Origin: a virus | IMG/VR virus record: IMGVR_UViG_3300018875_000004 | Coordinates: 32,184 to 96,183 of that record | Reading direction: 5' to 3' (one strand) | DNA: 64,000 bases | Part shown: positions 16,644-26,878 of the stretch, one piece after another | How positions within the stretch are numbered: position 1 is the stretch's first letter | Layout of the letters: each line of letters opens with the position of its first letter | Notes under the pieces: generated by a model | The model's database searches: none | The model's input: only the letters and a program-made list of their open reading frames with translations | Told to the model about the DNA's origin: nothing | Made by a program: the position numbers and the translations under genes

Positions 16644-17882
16644 TTATCGTGAGTAGTTTAGGCGGACCGCATGTAAGCATGGGTTCACGCCGTTGTACAT
16701 TAGCAGCTTCGTCCGGACCCAGATCCGTTCGGCAAACTGCCCTGACCATTCGTTGTTCTTTAGCGGTGTCAGGAAGCCGTCTGCTTCTTCTCTCAGCAGT
16801 TCATACTCGAAGACCCGGCCCTCCATCAGTTGATCCAGGTTGCGGTCGATACCAAACGCGCTACGATTGAGGAAGACATGTTCTACAGACTCGATGTTGT
16901 AGATGCCGTCCATATCGAATGCCGTTAGGATCGTGCCGCCGCCTGGCTCAAACATGGTCAGGTAGACGCCGATCTCCTGCGCTCCAAGGACGAAAACTTT
17001 CTTGCCGCCGATATCGAGAGGGTTCTTCTGAACCAACGTAATCCGCACCTTCTGTACCGGCACGCTCGGGAAGAACCATCGCTTCCGCGGCGAATACTCA
17101 TTACTGTTTACGGCAGCCATGTCCGGCTGCACAAAACCCTGGATGGTATTCCAAGCGCTGTTATAATGAATCTCCACATTCTTGATCTGCACGCCGCGTT
17201 CCGGATGCGGGTGAACCTGAAGCATATTGATATTCAGATTGTTGACCAAGTGGCTTGGCAGCTCGATCTCCAGGATGACATCCTCTTGATCGGGGCATTC
17301 GGCAATGTTATACGTTACCGTGCGGTGCCAGTAGGATTCATTATCGCCATTGAAAGCGTTGAACAGGTTGTTGTCGATGACTTCGCCTTTCGTATTCGTT
17401 CGTCCGATCTGGACTTTGAGTTCCGATGGAACAACGACAGCGCCCGTCTTCTCGTTGATGGTATGCGTCTTTGGAATCTGGTGAATGAGCGGCACCGTTG
17501 CGTACCGGTAGTTTAAGTCCACATCGCAGCGCAGACTGGTTTCTCCGTTCTCCTGGGAGACGTTCGGGTAAACCGTTGTCATGTCCTGCACGAATCCGGT
17601 CTTAAAGAAGATCGGGTCATACGAGCCTGCTGATTCGATTCGATCCATTTGCGCTGCCAACTCCACGACTCTACGCTCAAGCATCATGGCGTAGTTGTGG
17701 AGTGCTGTGTTCTCTGCAAGGACAATCTGATGGGCCTCAGAGAGGTTCTGAATGTTCAGGTTGCTTTGACGATACAGCTCCACAAGCTCCAGATACTTGT
17801 CGTCTTCGTTTTTATTATAATCCGAGGAAGAAGTAGCGCCCCGGAACTGGGCGCCTCCTGGTTTACTTGTAGGCATTCTCAT
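16644..17882 (-). CDS. Baseplate-associated structural protein (paralog family; coiled coil plus discoidin-like)
   Basis: SSDYN..LELVELY N-terminal motif; NAFNGDNESYW; C-terminal NPCLHAVRL. Confidence 0.7.
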   Translation of the reverse strand: MRMPTSKPGGAQFRGATSSSDYNKNEDDKYLELVELYRQSNLNIQNLSEAHQIVLAENTALHNYAMMLERRVVELAAQMDRIESAGSYDPIFFKTGFVQDMTTVYPNVSQENGETSLRCDVDLNYRYATVPLIHQIPKTHTINEKTGAVVVPSELKVQIGRTNTKGEVIDNNLFNAFNGDNESYWHRTVTYNIAECPDQEDVILEIELPSHLVNNLNINMLQVHPHPERGVQIKNVEIHYNSAWNTIQGFVQPDMAAVNSNEYSPRKRWFFPSVPVQKVRITLVQKNPLDIGGKKVFVLGAQEIGVYLTMFEPGGGTILTAFDMDGIYNIESVEHVFLNRSAFGIDRNLDQLMEGRVFEYELLREEADGFLTPLKNNEWSGQFAERIWVRTKLLMYNGVNPCLHAVRLNYSR

Positions 17883-19809
17883 AGCTCTGACGTCTCCTCT
17901 CTATTTCGGCCAGTCGTTCATTCATCTGATTCATCCGCTGCGAGGTCGGATATAAGCCCTGCATGGGTGTTTCAGCTACAGCAACGGTTACGGTGTAGTT
18001 GACTTCCATCGTCCCACTTTGTAATACGTTACGATTTAGCTGGATATATCCGTTTTCGAGCATAAAGTCCCCAGGACTAATGAGTTCTGCTCCATTTAAG
18101 GATACCACAAGCCTGCTGAATGAGCTTTCTTCCACTCCGGGGATCAGGGGATACGCTGCCTGCTCTTTGTGCGTGGTGATTGTTTTTGTTGCAGAATACG
18201 TAATATTTTCCGATTCTGCTCCATTTTCCCCGTGAAACCACGATTTTACTGCAACGTCTTGATTCTTCGTGTGATTTTCAATAAGAATATGATTCAGTCG
18301 GATGTCCAAAATCTGCTCCTGGTGATCGGACAATACCTTCTCGGATTCGCGCTGTCCACGGTAACGGGCATTGCGCTTCATTACATTCGGGTAGTGGTAG
18401 TTATCATCCCGGCGCTCCACGATCTCCAGCTTGTAGCCATCGTCTGCTGTGGCCAGCCAGCGCAGCTCGTAGAAGCGTGTGAGTGATTGCCCTTGGTCAT
18501 CATTCATAATTGCCTTCAGGATGATCGTGTATCGTTTGCGGGCATCGTACTCATGCAGTGCAGCGTGTATCTTGTATTCTCCACCGGCTGCAATCGTTAC
18601 GGTATCCTGGATGCGTGTGCGGCCGTCCATGTACATAAAGGAGTCGGAGCCGACTTCCACGTTAAAGTCAACCTTCGTCCATGTCGATTCGCCGCTATTT
18701 TTGTAGATGAGCAGAACGTCATCCTTATTTATCGGATGCTCATTCATCATCAATGAGGGGTTTACCTGAATCCGGTTGCTGTCCAGCCCTACCCATAATT
18801 CTATTCCTGGTTTTTTCTTCGGAGGCTCCACGACGGTAACGATCACGCTATCTTCTGCAGATGAACCTTCGATATTTTCTGCGCGGAAAGTGATGGTGTA
18901 TGTTCCGAGCCTGTCAAAGCTCAGCACAGCCTGATCTCCGTTCTGGTTCAGAATCCCTACCCCATCTGGGATACGCCACTGACGCAGGCTGATAGCCACC
19001 GCAGAATCGGCTTTAGCATCGAGGGTCAAACTCTCCCCTTGATACAAGCGCGTGTTGTCTTGGAGGATATCCGCCGTAATAGGCGCGGGATCGGCAACAA
19101 TGATGGTGGCTGCTATTGTGAAATTTTCACCTGTTGAATTTGTCACAGTATACGTGCAGTGGTACGTGCCCGCTTGCTTGAATTTTACAGAGCTGCCCAG
19201 GTTGCTGATCGACAGCAGCGTCATGTAATCTGGGCCGGCATCGTAGAACCAGTTGTAATCTGCGATCGTTGTATCGTCGCCGTGCAGTGTGATTGTGAAG
19301 TCCACTGTGCTGCCGATGCGAACCCGGGCTTCTGCTGGGTCGATCGTTGCGGTCAGAGGAACGTGCGGCGGCGGTGGATCCCGGTACGGTTCAATTTGAT
19401 ACTCTACATAGTCCTGTGCTTCCACGTATCCGATATACGGTTTCCGGTAGCGGTAGTCTGCGCGAACCTGCTGGATCGTCTTTCCGTCCACCCAGTTGCC
19501 GATGGCCACTTCCAGGTTGCTGGAGTTCGGGCCATAGCGCACTACGTCCTGCACCCAGCTCTTCACGCCGTTGTCGTAGACGTAAGCGATAGCAAGGATG
19601 CTACCAAACTTATTACCCGGTGCAGACGCTGGTGGCGCAAAGTTAACCATCCGGATCGTCAGGTTGTCTGCGCTTTGAATCTCTGGCACTACACTGTATC
19701 CCTCGGATGTGCTGATCCCGGTGTTACCCAGGACGTCAGCAAAATCCATCTCGTAAGGAAAAACAGCATCGTCATCGAAATAAAATAGAACCTTTTGTAT
19801 TGTTGGCAT
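17863..19809 (-). CDS. Structural protein with PKD/Ig-like repeats
   Basis: Two PKD-like units (FKQAGTYHCTYTVTN, FDRLGTYTITFRAEN); C-terminal coiled coil. Confidence 0.7.
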   Translation of the reverse strand: MPTIQKVLFYFDDDAVFPYEMDFADVLGNTGISTSEGYSVVPEIQSADNLTIRMVNFAPPASAPGNKFGSILAIAYVYDNGVKSWVQDVVRYGPNSSNLEVAIGNWVDGKTIQQVRADYRYRKPYIGYVEAQDYVEYQIEPYRDPPPPHVPLTATIDPAEARVRIGSTVDFTITLHGDDTTIADYNWFYDAGPDYMTLLSISNLGSSVKFKQAGTYHCTYTVTNSTGENFTIAATIIVADPAPITADILQDNTRLYQGESLTLDAKADSAVAISLRQWRIPDGVGILNQNGDQAVLSFDRLGTYTITFRAENIEGSSAEDSVIVTVVEPPKKKPGIELWVGLDSNRIQVNPSLMMNEHPINKDDVLLIYKNSGESTWTKVDFNVEVGSDSFMYMDGRTRIQDTVTIAAGGEYKIHAALHEYDARKRYTIILKAIMNDDQGQSLTRFYELRWLATADDGYKLEIVERRDDNYHYPNVMKRNARYRGQRESEKVLSDHQEQILDIRLNHILIENHTKNQDVAVKSWFHGENGAESENITYSATKTITTHKEQAAYPLIPGVEESSFSRLVVSLNGAELISPGDFMLENGYIQLNRNVLQSGTMEVNYTVTVAVAETPMQGLYPTSQRMNQMNERLAEIERRRQSYENAYK

Positions 19810-19817
19810 ATGCTACC

Positions 19818-21884
19818 TCACTTTGCTTGCAGCTGCAGCCGCATGATCTTCGGTGTAATGTGGGGAATGCTTTCGTCCCGCTTCATCGAAGCCCGGGCTA
19901 CAACCTGATTATTCTGAATAGAGCTATCAATGACTTCATAGACCAGTTGGAAGATGCAGTTGGTCGGCAGGTAGTTTAGGACAACCTGGTTTTCATAGAT
20001 GGCAAAGTAGTCTCGGTTGTTTGGCGAGATATTGTAATACAGCGAATGCTCGTCCACGATTTTAAGACTATCCTTATCTGCCCTTACCCGTTTCTCCATC
20101 AGGAAGTTAAACTTGCCAAGCAGGGTTTCATTCGGCAGATTGCTGTCGGCAAAGTCTTGCCGCAGCTGCATATCGCCCCAGTGAAACAGGATTTGAATCT
20201 CACTCCAGCCGGCAGCCAGTGTCAGCGTGACTTCTTCGTTGGATGGCACCATGCGTTTGCCGTCTACATAAACTGCATACGTGCCGATTCGTTTACGGAC
20301 TCCGGATACCGTCTGAATGACAGCCAGGGATAAAGGTTCGACTCTGGCTTCTTCGCTATATACACAAGTTGTAAAGCGATACATATTGTCGGACTTTCCG
20401 CCGTTTTCCCGGCGCAAGCTCAACTGGTTGCCGATTGGAATATAGTCGGTACGGATCATCTCCGGCCGGTTATCGTACTGGGTTTTCCATGCGCTGTTCA
20501 GCGGAATCGTGCCGTCAAACTTCACATACGTCCGCTCTCTTCTCCACTGGTTAATGCCGCGCAGCAGGATTGGATTCTGGATGTCGTCAAAGCTGTCCGG
20601 CAGTGTGCCGTCTTTATCATCCTTGAGCAGCCGGAACACCTTCATGCCGTTCTTTACTTCCTCTGTCGTTTCTGCTTGTCCGAACTCGATGTTCTTCGAT
20701 GCTCGTGCGTTGAATGCCACCGTCTTGGAATACTTCGGTGTGCTGTCTTCTGAGGAGCTGATCGGATACCAGATGAGGTTATCCAGTGCAGTCGTATCAT
20801 TCGTCAGGGCGACTTCGTAATCAATCGATGTGCCGAATGGAATATCGTGCGAGGCAGTCAGGGAAACCATGTTGATGTTATCGGAGCTGAAGACGAAAGG
20901 CTGCGTGATCATAACCCCTTCGCTCAGATAACTCTTCTTGGAGATGGAAATGGTTTTAGCACCAAAATAATAATTGTAGACGCCAGCCGAGTTGTCATCG
21001 TGGTCTTTCTTCTCATACGTAAACTTGATGGCCTTCACCTTCAGCTGGGAGAAGTTCCAGATGGCTCGATCGCTGACAGACTGTTTATTATTCTTTTCCG
21101 GAAGCGGCGTAAACGTCGATCCATCCAGGGAGTACTCCACCTGAATAAGCATTGCCTTTCCGTGGTGGGCGACATATTCCACTTCGTTGATTTCTTCTTG
21201 CCCGGCCAGACGGATCGTAAGCTCTGCCTTCACCGTTCCCGGACTGGTCGTCTTGACCACATGCCACCAGGCGGTATTGACGTTATCATCGAATGCGTTG
21301 TTGATCGTCTCGATGGCCGCCGTCTTCAGGTTCGGCGTGAGCGCGGTAAACGTCGCTTGTGAGCCGTTGATCAGAACCTTATTACTCTGCCTTTGATTTT
21401 CTTTCAGTGTGATCTGACCGTTATTCAGATCGATGGCCGTCGTGCTGTTCGCGGTATTCACCCGACTGGTATCGATGAAGTCTTCGATTACCGTATCCAG
21501 GTAGCTGCTGCCGGCGCCTGACACAAGCAGAAGCTGGTCAATCTTTTTGGAGAGCGTGGCCAGCTCATGGCTGATTTTATCCCGCTCCGTTTCCGCAAAG
21601 TTGAAGTCATTCATAATGCGGATGGTTTGGTTAATCGTGGCGTCATACAAGTCGCCAATGTCCTGGTGGATCATCGTCACATTATCATTGTATCTTTCGC
21701 TGTCAGACTTCTCTTTACGGAGAACCTTGAGCGGCGAAAAGGACGGAGCCCCGGGAGTGTGTTCCCGGAGCCATTGTCCCAAATGATAAGTGATGGTTTG
21801 AATACTGGGGTACCGTCCGCGCTGCAGGTAAGACCTTACGATCTTCTCGACGACGCGGGATAGCTGTGTCTGCCGGATGCCCAT
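19818..21884 (-). CDS. Baseplate-associated structural protein (paralog family)
   Basis: SERYN..QDIGDLY; NAFDDNVNTAW; C-terminal TPKIMRLQL. Confidence 0.7.
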   Translation of the reverse strand: MGIRQTQLSRVVEKIVRSYLQRGRYPSIQTITYHLGQWLREHTPGAPSFSPLKVLRKEKSDSERYNDNVTMIHQDIGDLYDATINQTIRIMNDFNFAETERDKISHELATLSKKIDQLLLVSGAGSSYLDTVIEDFIDTSRVNTANSTTAIDLNNGQITLKENQRQSNKVLINGSQATFTALTPNLKTAAIETINNAFDDNVNTAWWHVVKTTSPGTVKAELTIRLAGQEEINEVEYVAHHGKAMLIQVEYSLDGSTFTPLPEKNNKQSVSDRAIWNFSQLKVKAIKFTYEKKDHDDNSAGVYNYYFGAKTISISKKSYLSEGVMITQPFVFSSDNINMVSLTASHDIPFGTSIDYEVALTNDTTALDNLIWYPISSSEDSTPKYSKTVAFNARASKNIEFGQAETTEEVKNGMKVFRLLKDDKDGTLPDSFDDIQNPILLRGINQWRRERTYVKFDGTIPLNSAWKTQYDNRPEMIRTDYIPIGNQLSLRRENGGKSDNMYRFTTCVYSEEARVEPLSLAVIQTVSGVRKRIGTYAVYVDGKRMVPSNEEVTLTLAAGWSEIQILFHWGDMQLRQDFADSNLPNETLLGKFNFLMEKRVRADKDSLKIVDEHSLYYNISPNNRDYFAIYENQVVLNYLPTNCIFQLVYEVIDSSIQNNQVVARASMKRDESIPHITPKIMRLQLQAK

Positions 21885-21898
21885 TACATCACCTCATA

Positions 21899-24800
21899 TC
21901 ATGGATATATACTGTTGTGTTTTTCTTTTCTTATTGTAATGTCGGAGAGCTTCGTTTGACCAGCGCTTTTTAGAAGGATGTCGCATACAGCAACGGAGCC
22001 TCCGCTGAAATCCTCTGCTGCAAGTGGGATAACCTGCAGAACGCTATTGGTTGCTGCATTCACGATCTCTACTTGCGGCAATCGATCCAGCTGCTCTGCT
22101 TTTGCCCCTTGGTAGTGATTCACGACAAGCGTCAACACCCGGCCGACAAAGCCATCAACGGTAATGATCTCTACCTGGTTGGACCAAGGATCATCCTGCC
22201 CTGCTCGGTGAGCCGTGTAATCATAGTTCAGGTACAGTTTATTGGTGCCTTCCACATAGGATTTATAGTTTGGATACTGTGCATCCGGTGGGGAATTGTA
22301 GAATAGATGCTTACTTGAATCCCGATCGAGGAAAGCATGGAAGTCAAAGTCGGATGCTTCTGTTCCCGGAGCCACACCCCAGCGGAGCCGGAACAGCATG
22401 TCGTAGCTGTTTTCGATATTGCCTTCATCCGGAGACGGTGCTGGCGCCGGCACGCTGCAATCGTGTACGTTGATCTGAATCTCCCGAGTCAGTGTTCTGC
22501 CATCTGCGCCGGTAGCCGTGATGATGACCTTGCCGGAGTTCAGCTCACCAGCGTCTTCAGAAATCTGGCCAGAGATGCCTTGCAGCTGGCTGCCGTAGTT
22601 ACCCATGATATCTACGTACTGTCCGCCTGTTGCGTCAGCCATCGGCTTCAGCTGGTTGTATGGCTCACCGCTCATAGGCCCGATGACGTGCAGCTTGATA
22701 TTATTTTCTTTCAGTTTATTAATTGTTTGTGTAACGCCATACACAGAGCGACCATCCCCGTCTTTATCATGAACCGGTGCATCCGTCAGCAGGATATAGT
22801 GCCTTGCTGCTCCTGTCCGGAAGCCGTAGGTCAGTGCGCCATTGGTCGGGTCCATGATCGATTCCAACCCGGATTCGTTCGTGTCGCCGCCGCCGCTGAC
22901 TGCAATCGACCGCAACATACTGATGAAGTTGTCTGCATTGTCGGTCTGGCCAATCTTCACGATCGGCTGCCCGTCATTGACTTCGCTGTACTGGATACAG
23001 CCCAGGCGATAGTTTACATTGTCGGCCTGCAGCCTTGAAATGAATACGGCCAGGTTGTCTGCCACTTTGCCGATTGGTGCCGACATGCTGCCGGAGTAGT
23101 CGATCAGGAACGTAATGTCAGCCCTGCCGTTGTCCGTGGTTGTGCCGCCACCGGTACCGAATGCCGATGATGGAATCGTAAAGCGGAAGTCCTCATGTAC
23201 TTCATCCCCATCTTGGCTATATACCTGGCTGCCCCGATAGGTCGCTTTGATGTTTGCAACGCTTGGGAACATTTCAGCAAAGCCGCCGATCGTCAGGGAA
23301 TCCGTATTACATTGTTCGATAACAGTTGGATTCGAGGATGGCTCCGTAATCTCCAGCTTCGGATCACGCCCTGCGCCTGTCTCAGGGTCAGAGTTGTGAA
23401 TCGGATCGATGGAGCAGACCATATTTGTAAACAGGTCAACGTGCTTACTTACTACGAAGTCTCCTGTCTTGCCGATGATTGGTGCGTTGCTGTAATCGCC
23501 GGCTTGCACTTCTGCTACCCATGGCAGATTGCTCATGGTCTTCGGCCCGCCGATCATCCACTCCTTCCGTTTTACCCCAGCCGTTTTAAAGTTAATATCC
23601 GTTGCCCATGCCGTTTGTGTCCGGTCATAGTAATCCTTGAAGATGACCCCGATACCGGTCAGCTGGATATTGTTCACGCCGGTTGCGCCCCGGATCAGCA
23701 GCGACACGCCTTTGTAGTAATCCGACCATCCAGCGACCAACCGCACGTCTCCGGCTTTTGTTGGAACCGTCAGCTCCTGGGTGACGAGCCATTCCAGCGG
23801 CACGATGTTCGTCTGCATCTGATTATCCACGTCGCTGTAGTACTGGAAGATGATCTTGTCCAGCAGCAGGCAGTCTCGCACCGGATTCTTTGTTGGGTCG
23901 TATGGCGGCACGTCCGGGCTGGTTGGGTCATCCGTATTCGGTCCGGCATTCTCCGGATCAATGACGTCTTTGTTAATTGGACACTGGTTCGTCGTGAACT
24001 CATTCGGGAACGAGAACTTCACGTAGTCCCCTTTGTATCCAAGGGATGGACTCATGCTGTAGTTGCCGTATGCTTTGATCTGCTGAATCCAGCGGCTGTT
24101 GTCTTTCTCAGCCGGATCGCCAATCATACGCTCACTGTTCTTCACGCCTTCGGACTGGAAGAAGATACTGTTTGCCCATGCCGTTTTTGCATTATTGTGT
24201 TCATCCAGATAGTTAATCCCGATGGAACTCAGCTGGAATCCGTAGCCGGTATTGTTTCCGCCGTCTCGGAACCATGCGGCAATCGTGTTGTCGTCGCCCC
24301 ATCCGAACATAGCCGTTGCACCATCGCCGTTATCGATCTCATACGGCAGCCAGTCGGCAGGGATATCGAACTTCTTAATATCCTGGATGTTGGCATCGTA
24401 ATACTCGACATGTAGCGTATCGAACATCAAGCAGTCTCTCACGGTTGGCCCGTTCGGATCGATGGAGCAGTCCTTGATTGTCACCGTCATGCTGTCAGAT
24501 GCTTCGTTGCCTTCGCTGTCGTAAGCCTTCACCTCAACCACGAAACTGTCTCCGACTTCCCAATCCAGTGTCGGGTACCGGAAATTGAACGTCTGTTCAT
24601 ACGGCGATGTGGCCATCCAGAATGGGCTGTGGTATCCATCGATGACAATTGTCTCGCCTGTGCTTTCGATGCTGGCCGTGCTCACAGGACCAATCGACTT
24701 CAGGTTCTTGACGTACTTCTCCATGAAGGCGAACTGCTGCGGGAAGTTGGCTCTCAGGAAACCCGGGTTGATGATATACAGTCTGTAAGCTTCTGCAAAG

Positions 24801-26878
24801 CCCTCTGCCGGCTGTGTGCATCCGTAGGCTGTAACTGGGGCTTCCTTGCCATTGTCGAGCTTGGTGCCAGCGCTGCTCTTCTTCAGCTTGTAATACTGGC
24901 TCATGCCAGACCAGTTGATCGCATCCCACCCGCTGATCTCCTGCCACTCTTTGTAGTCGTGCAGGTTCAGGCCGATGTCGCTGGCGTATTTATGGCCAGC
25001 ATTGGAAGTGTAGTAGTCTGCTCCGTAGAACGCAACGGCGTGTCCGATTTCGTGGATGGCGACTTCTCCGGCAATGTATGGCCGGCATACGACCTGGTTT
25101 TGATCCAGTGTGTACAGGTCGGCATTGCCCAAGCTGCCGATTGGGAGCCAGTAGCTCTTGTATACGTCCAGCGGGGTCAGCGTATCACTCTGATCAGTAG
25201 ATGGATTCGACGTGTAATCAGTTGGCCGGTGCGCCATCAGGTTAATCACGCTGGCGTTCAGGGCATCAGGTTCAAAATTAATATAAGAATAGAATTGCGG
25301 AAGCTCTCCGTCCTTGGCCCATGCAGCAACACTCGGATTCGTCTTGATGTCGTTAAAGTCGATCCAGTGGTACGTGTAGGTGTTCGTCTTCGCCACCAGG
25401 TCAGACAGCGTATCGATGATGTCTCCATCCAGGTAAGCACTCGCGCTGCTGAAGAAGAAGCAGATGTTCTTGATCTTGTAGGTCGCATAGATACTGCCCA
25501 GCTGCAGCGTGGTCAGCCCCGGGAGGTTTGTCTGCGCCCAAGACTTAAAGCTACTCCACGGCTGCGGCAGTGTCACGAGGCCCTTGAGGTTATCCTGGTG
25601 CATCTTCCAAAGGAAAGCGTGGAAGCTCTGAATGGTCAGGTCACTCTTGCTGTAGATGGCATCCTCACCCGGCGCCAGCTTCTGTCGGACGGCTTCCATA
25701 AAGTCCAACCACTCGTTGCGTCCTTTGAAGAAGTTCGGCTCGATCGTCAGTGGATAAATATATCCATTTGTAATTTGTACATTGCCGCTGAACGCTTTGT
25801 TGCCTGTCCAGTAATCCTGGTTGATGCTCGATGGCGATACGGATCCGTCTACAAAGTAGCTGATGCCATTGCTCGTTGCTGGCGGTGTTGTCGGATTCGT
25901 TGGTGTGGGATTCGTTGGTGCTGTACCGCCGCCCGATGTACTTTCATCGATCGCGCTGCCGTTAACCAGCATAACCACTTTCGTAATCGGATACGGTCCA
26001 TCCACGACGCCGGATACCATCAGGTCGTCACCGTAACACAGTTCGGTCGTCTTTGGCGTGATCGTTACCTTTAGCTCGTCCGGCTGATTTGGATTCGGGT
26101 CGTCTTTATCTGGAATGCCATCCCCATCAGAATCCTTATTTGGATCATCCTCTTCATTACAGTCAACGAAGTATACGAAGTCTGTTGTCGTTGCAGACTC
26201 TCCGTCCTGTGAGTAAGCCGTGGCCACCAGCTGCAGATACGTATCTTTCACTACGCCCCATTCGGTAAGCTGGGCCAGCGTTATGTTATCTGTGATGGCT
26301 TCCTCTGTGCTGCCGGCATAGTTGTATTCCTTAAATGGAATCTCTGTACGAGCGGCAGAACCTTTCTTGCCGATCTTGAACTTCAGCACGACTTTAATCA
26401 GTCGGGAATCACCATGCGCTTTAGCTGTAACCTTGATTGGATAGTCGATGCCCAAGCAATACTTATCTGGACTATCTTTTCTCTCCAATATCCGGATCGT
26501 CACCTTGCCGCCTGCAGATACGCCATCGGACGGATCATCGTCTGGTTCTTCTCCGCTACCTGGCGTACCCGGTGTGCCGTTATCGCCGCCGCCCGGATTA
26601 GAAGGGTCGGTGCCGCCTCCAGGATTACCTGGGGTGCTGCCGCCGCCACCTCCGCCAGGATTCCCGGGATTACTCCCTCCCCCGCTTCCGCCGCCCGCAT
26701 CTGGGTCGGTTGGGTTCGGTGGTGTTGGTGGGAAGTAGGGCGGGTCAGTAACTTCGGTGCCGGTGTCCTTCTCCCCTGCTGCTCGTCGCAGGGAAGCTTC
26801 ACTGTCAGAAGGGACGCTACCGGTATAAGCTTTGATGGTGAATCCTTTTAAGAGTGGTGTTTTATTTTTCTGCGTCAT
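21899..26878 (-). CDS. 1659-aa multidomain protein: Ig-like domains, HEXXH zinc metalloprotease (lethal-factor-like), vWA and a YfaP-like C-terminus
   Basis: HEIGH..EGFAEAY..P..L....P..F.FM; MIDAS DYSGS..GGD..E..LLTDA; DSDGDGIPDKDD Ca-type repeat; G/P-rich linkers. Confidence 0.8.
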   Translation of the reverse strand: MTQKNKTPLLKGFTIKAYTGSVPSDSEASLRRAAGEKDTGTEVTDPPYFPPTPPNPTDPDAGGGSGGGSNPGNPGGGGGGSTPGNPGGGTDPSNPGGGDNGTPGTPGSGEEPDDDPSDGVSAGGKVTIRILERKDSPDKYCLGIDYPIKVTAKAHGDSRLIKVVLKFKIGKKGSAARTEIPFKEYNYAGSTEEAITDNITLAQLTEWGVVKDTYLQLVATAYSQDGESATTTDFVYFVDCNEEDDPNKDSDGDGIPDKDDPNPNQPDELKVTITPKTTELCYGDDLMVSGVVDGPYPITKVVMLVNGSAIDESTSGGGTAPTNPTPTNPTTPPATSNGISYFVDGSVSPSSINQDYWTGNKAFSGNVQITNGYIYPLTIEPNFFKGRNEWLDFMEAVRQKLAPGEDAIYSKSDLTIQSFHAFLWKMHQDNLKGLVTLPQPWSSFKSWAQTNLPGLTTLQLGSIYATYKIKNICFFFSSASAYLDGDIIDTLSDLVAKTNTYTYHWIDFNDIKTNPSVAAWAKDGELPQFYSYINFEPDALNASVINLMAHRPTDYTSNPSTDQSDTLTPLDVYKSYWLPIGSLGNADLYTLDQNQVVCRPYIAGEVAIHEIGHAVAFYGADYYTSNAGHKYASDIGLNLHDYKEWQEISGWDAINWSGMSQYYKLKKSSAGTKLDNGKEAPVTAYGCTQPAEGFAEAYRLYIINPGFLRANFPQQFAFMEKYVKNLKSIGPVSTASIESTGETIVIDGYHSPFWMATSPYEQTFNFRYPTLDWEVGDSFVVEVKAYDSEGNEASDSMTVTIKDCSIDPNGPTVRDCLMFDTLHVEYYDANIQDIKKFDIPADWLPYEIDNGDGATAMFGWGDDNTIAAWFRDGGNNTGYGFQLSSIGINYLDEHNNAKTAWANSIFFQSEGVKNSERMIGDPAEKDNSRWIQQIKAYGNYSMSPSLGYKGDYVKFSFPNEFTTNQCPINKDVIDPENAGPNTDDPTSPDVPPYDPTKNPVRDCLLLDKIIFQYYSDVDNQMQTNIVPLEWLVTQELTVPTKAGDVRLVAGWSDYYKGVSLLIRGATGVNNIQLTGIGVIFKDYYDRTQTAWATDINFKTAGVKRKEWMIGGPKTMSNLPWVAEVQAGDYSNAPIIGKTGDFVVSKHVDLFTNMVCSIDPIHNSDPETGAGRDPKLEITEPSSNPTVIEQCNTDSLTIGGFAEMFPSVANIKATYRGSQVYSQDGDEVHEDFRFTIPSSAFGTGGGTTTDNGRADITFLIDYSGSMSAPIGKVADNLAVFISRLQADNVNYRLGCIQYSEVNDGQPIVKIGQTDNADNFISMLRSIAVSGGGDTNESGLESIMDPTNGALTYGFRTGAARHYILLTDAPVHDKDGDGRSVYGVTQTINKLKENNIKLHVIGPMSGEPYNQLKPMADATGGQYVDIMGNYGSQLQGISGQISEDAGELNSGKVIITATGADGRTLTREIQINVHDCSVPAPAPSPDEGNIENSYDMLFRLRWGVAPGTEASDFDFHAFLDRDSSKHLFYNSPPDAQYPNYKSYVEGTNKLYLNYDYTAHRAGQDDPWSNQVEIITVDGFVGRVLTLVVNHYQGAKAEQLDRLPQVEIVNAATNSVLQVIPLAAEDFSGGSVAVCDILLKSAGQTKLSDITIRKEKHNSIYP

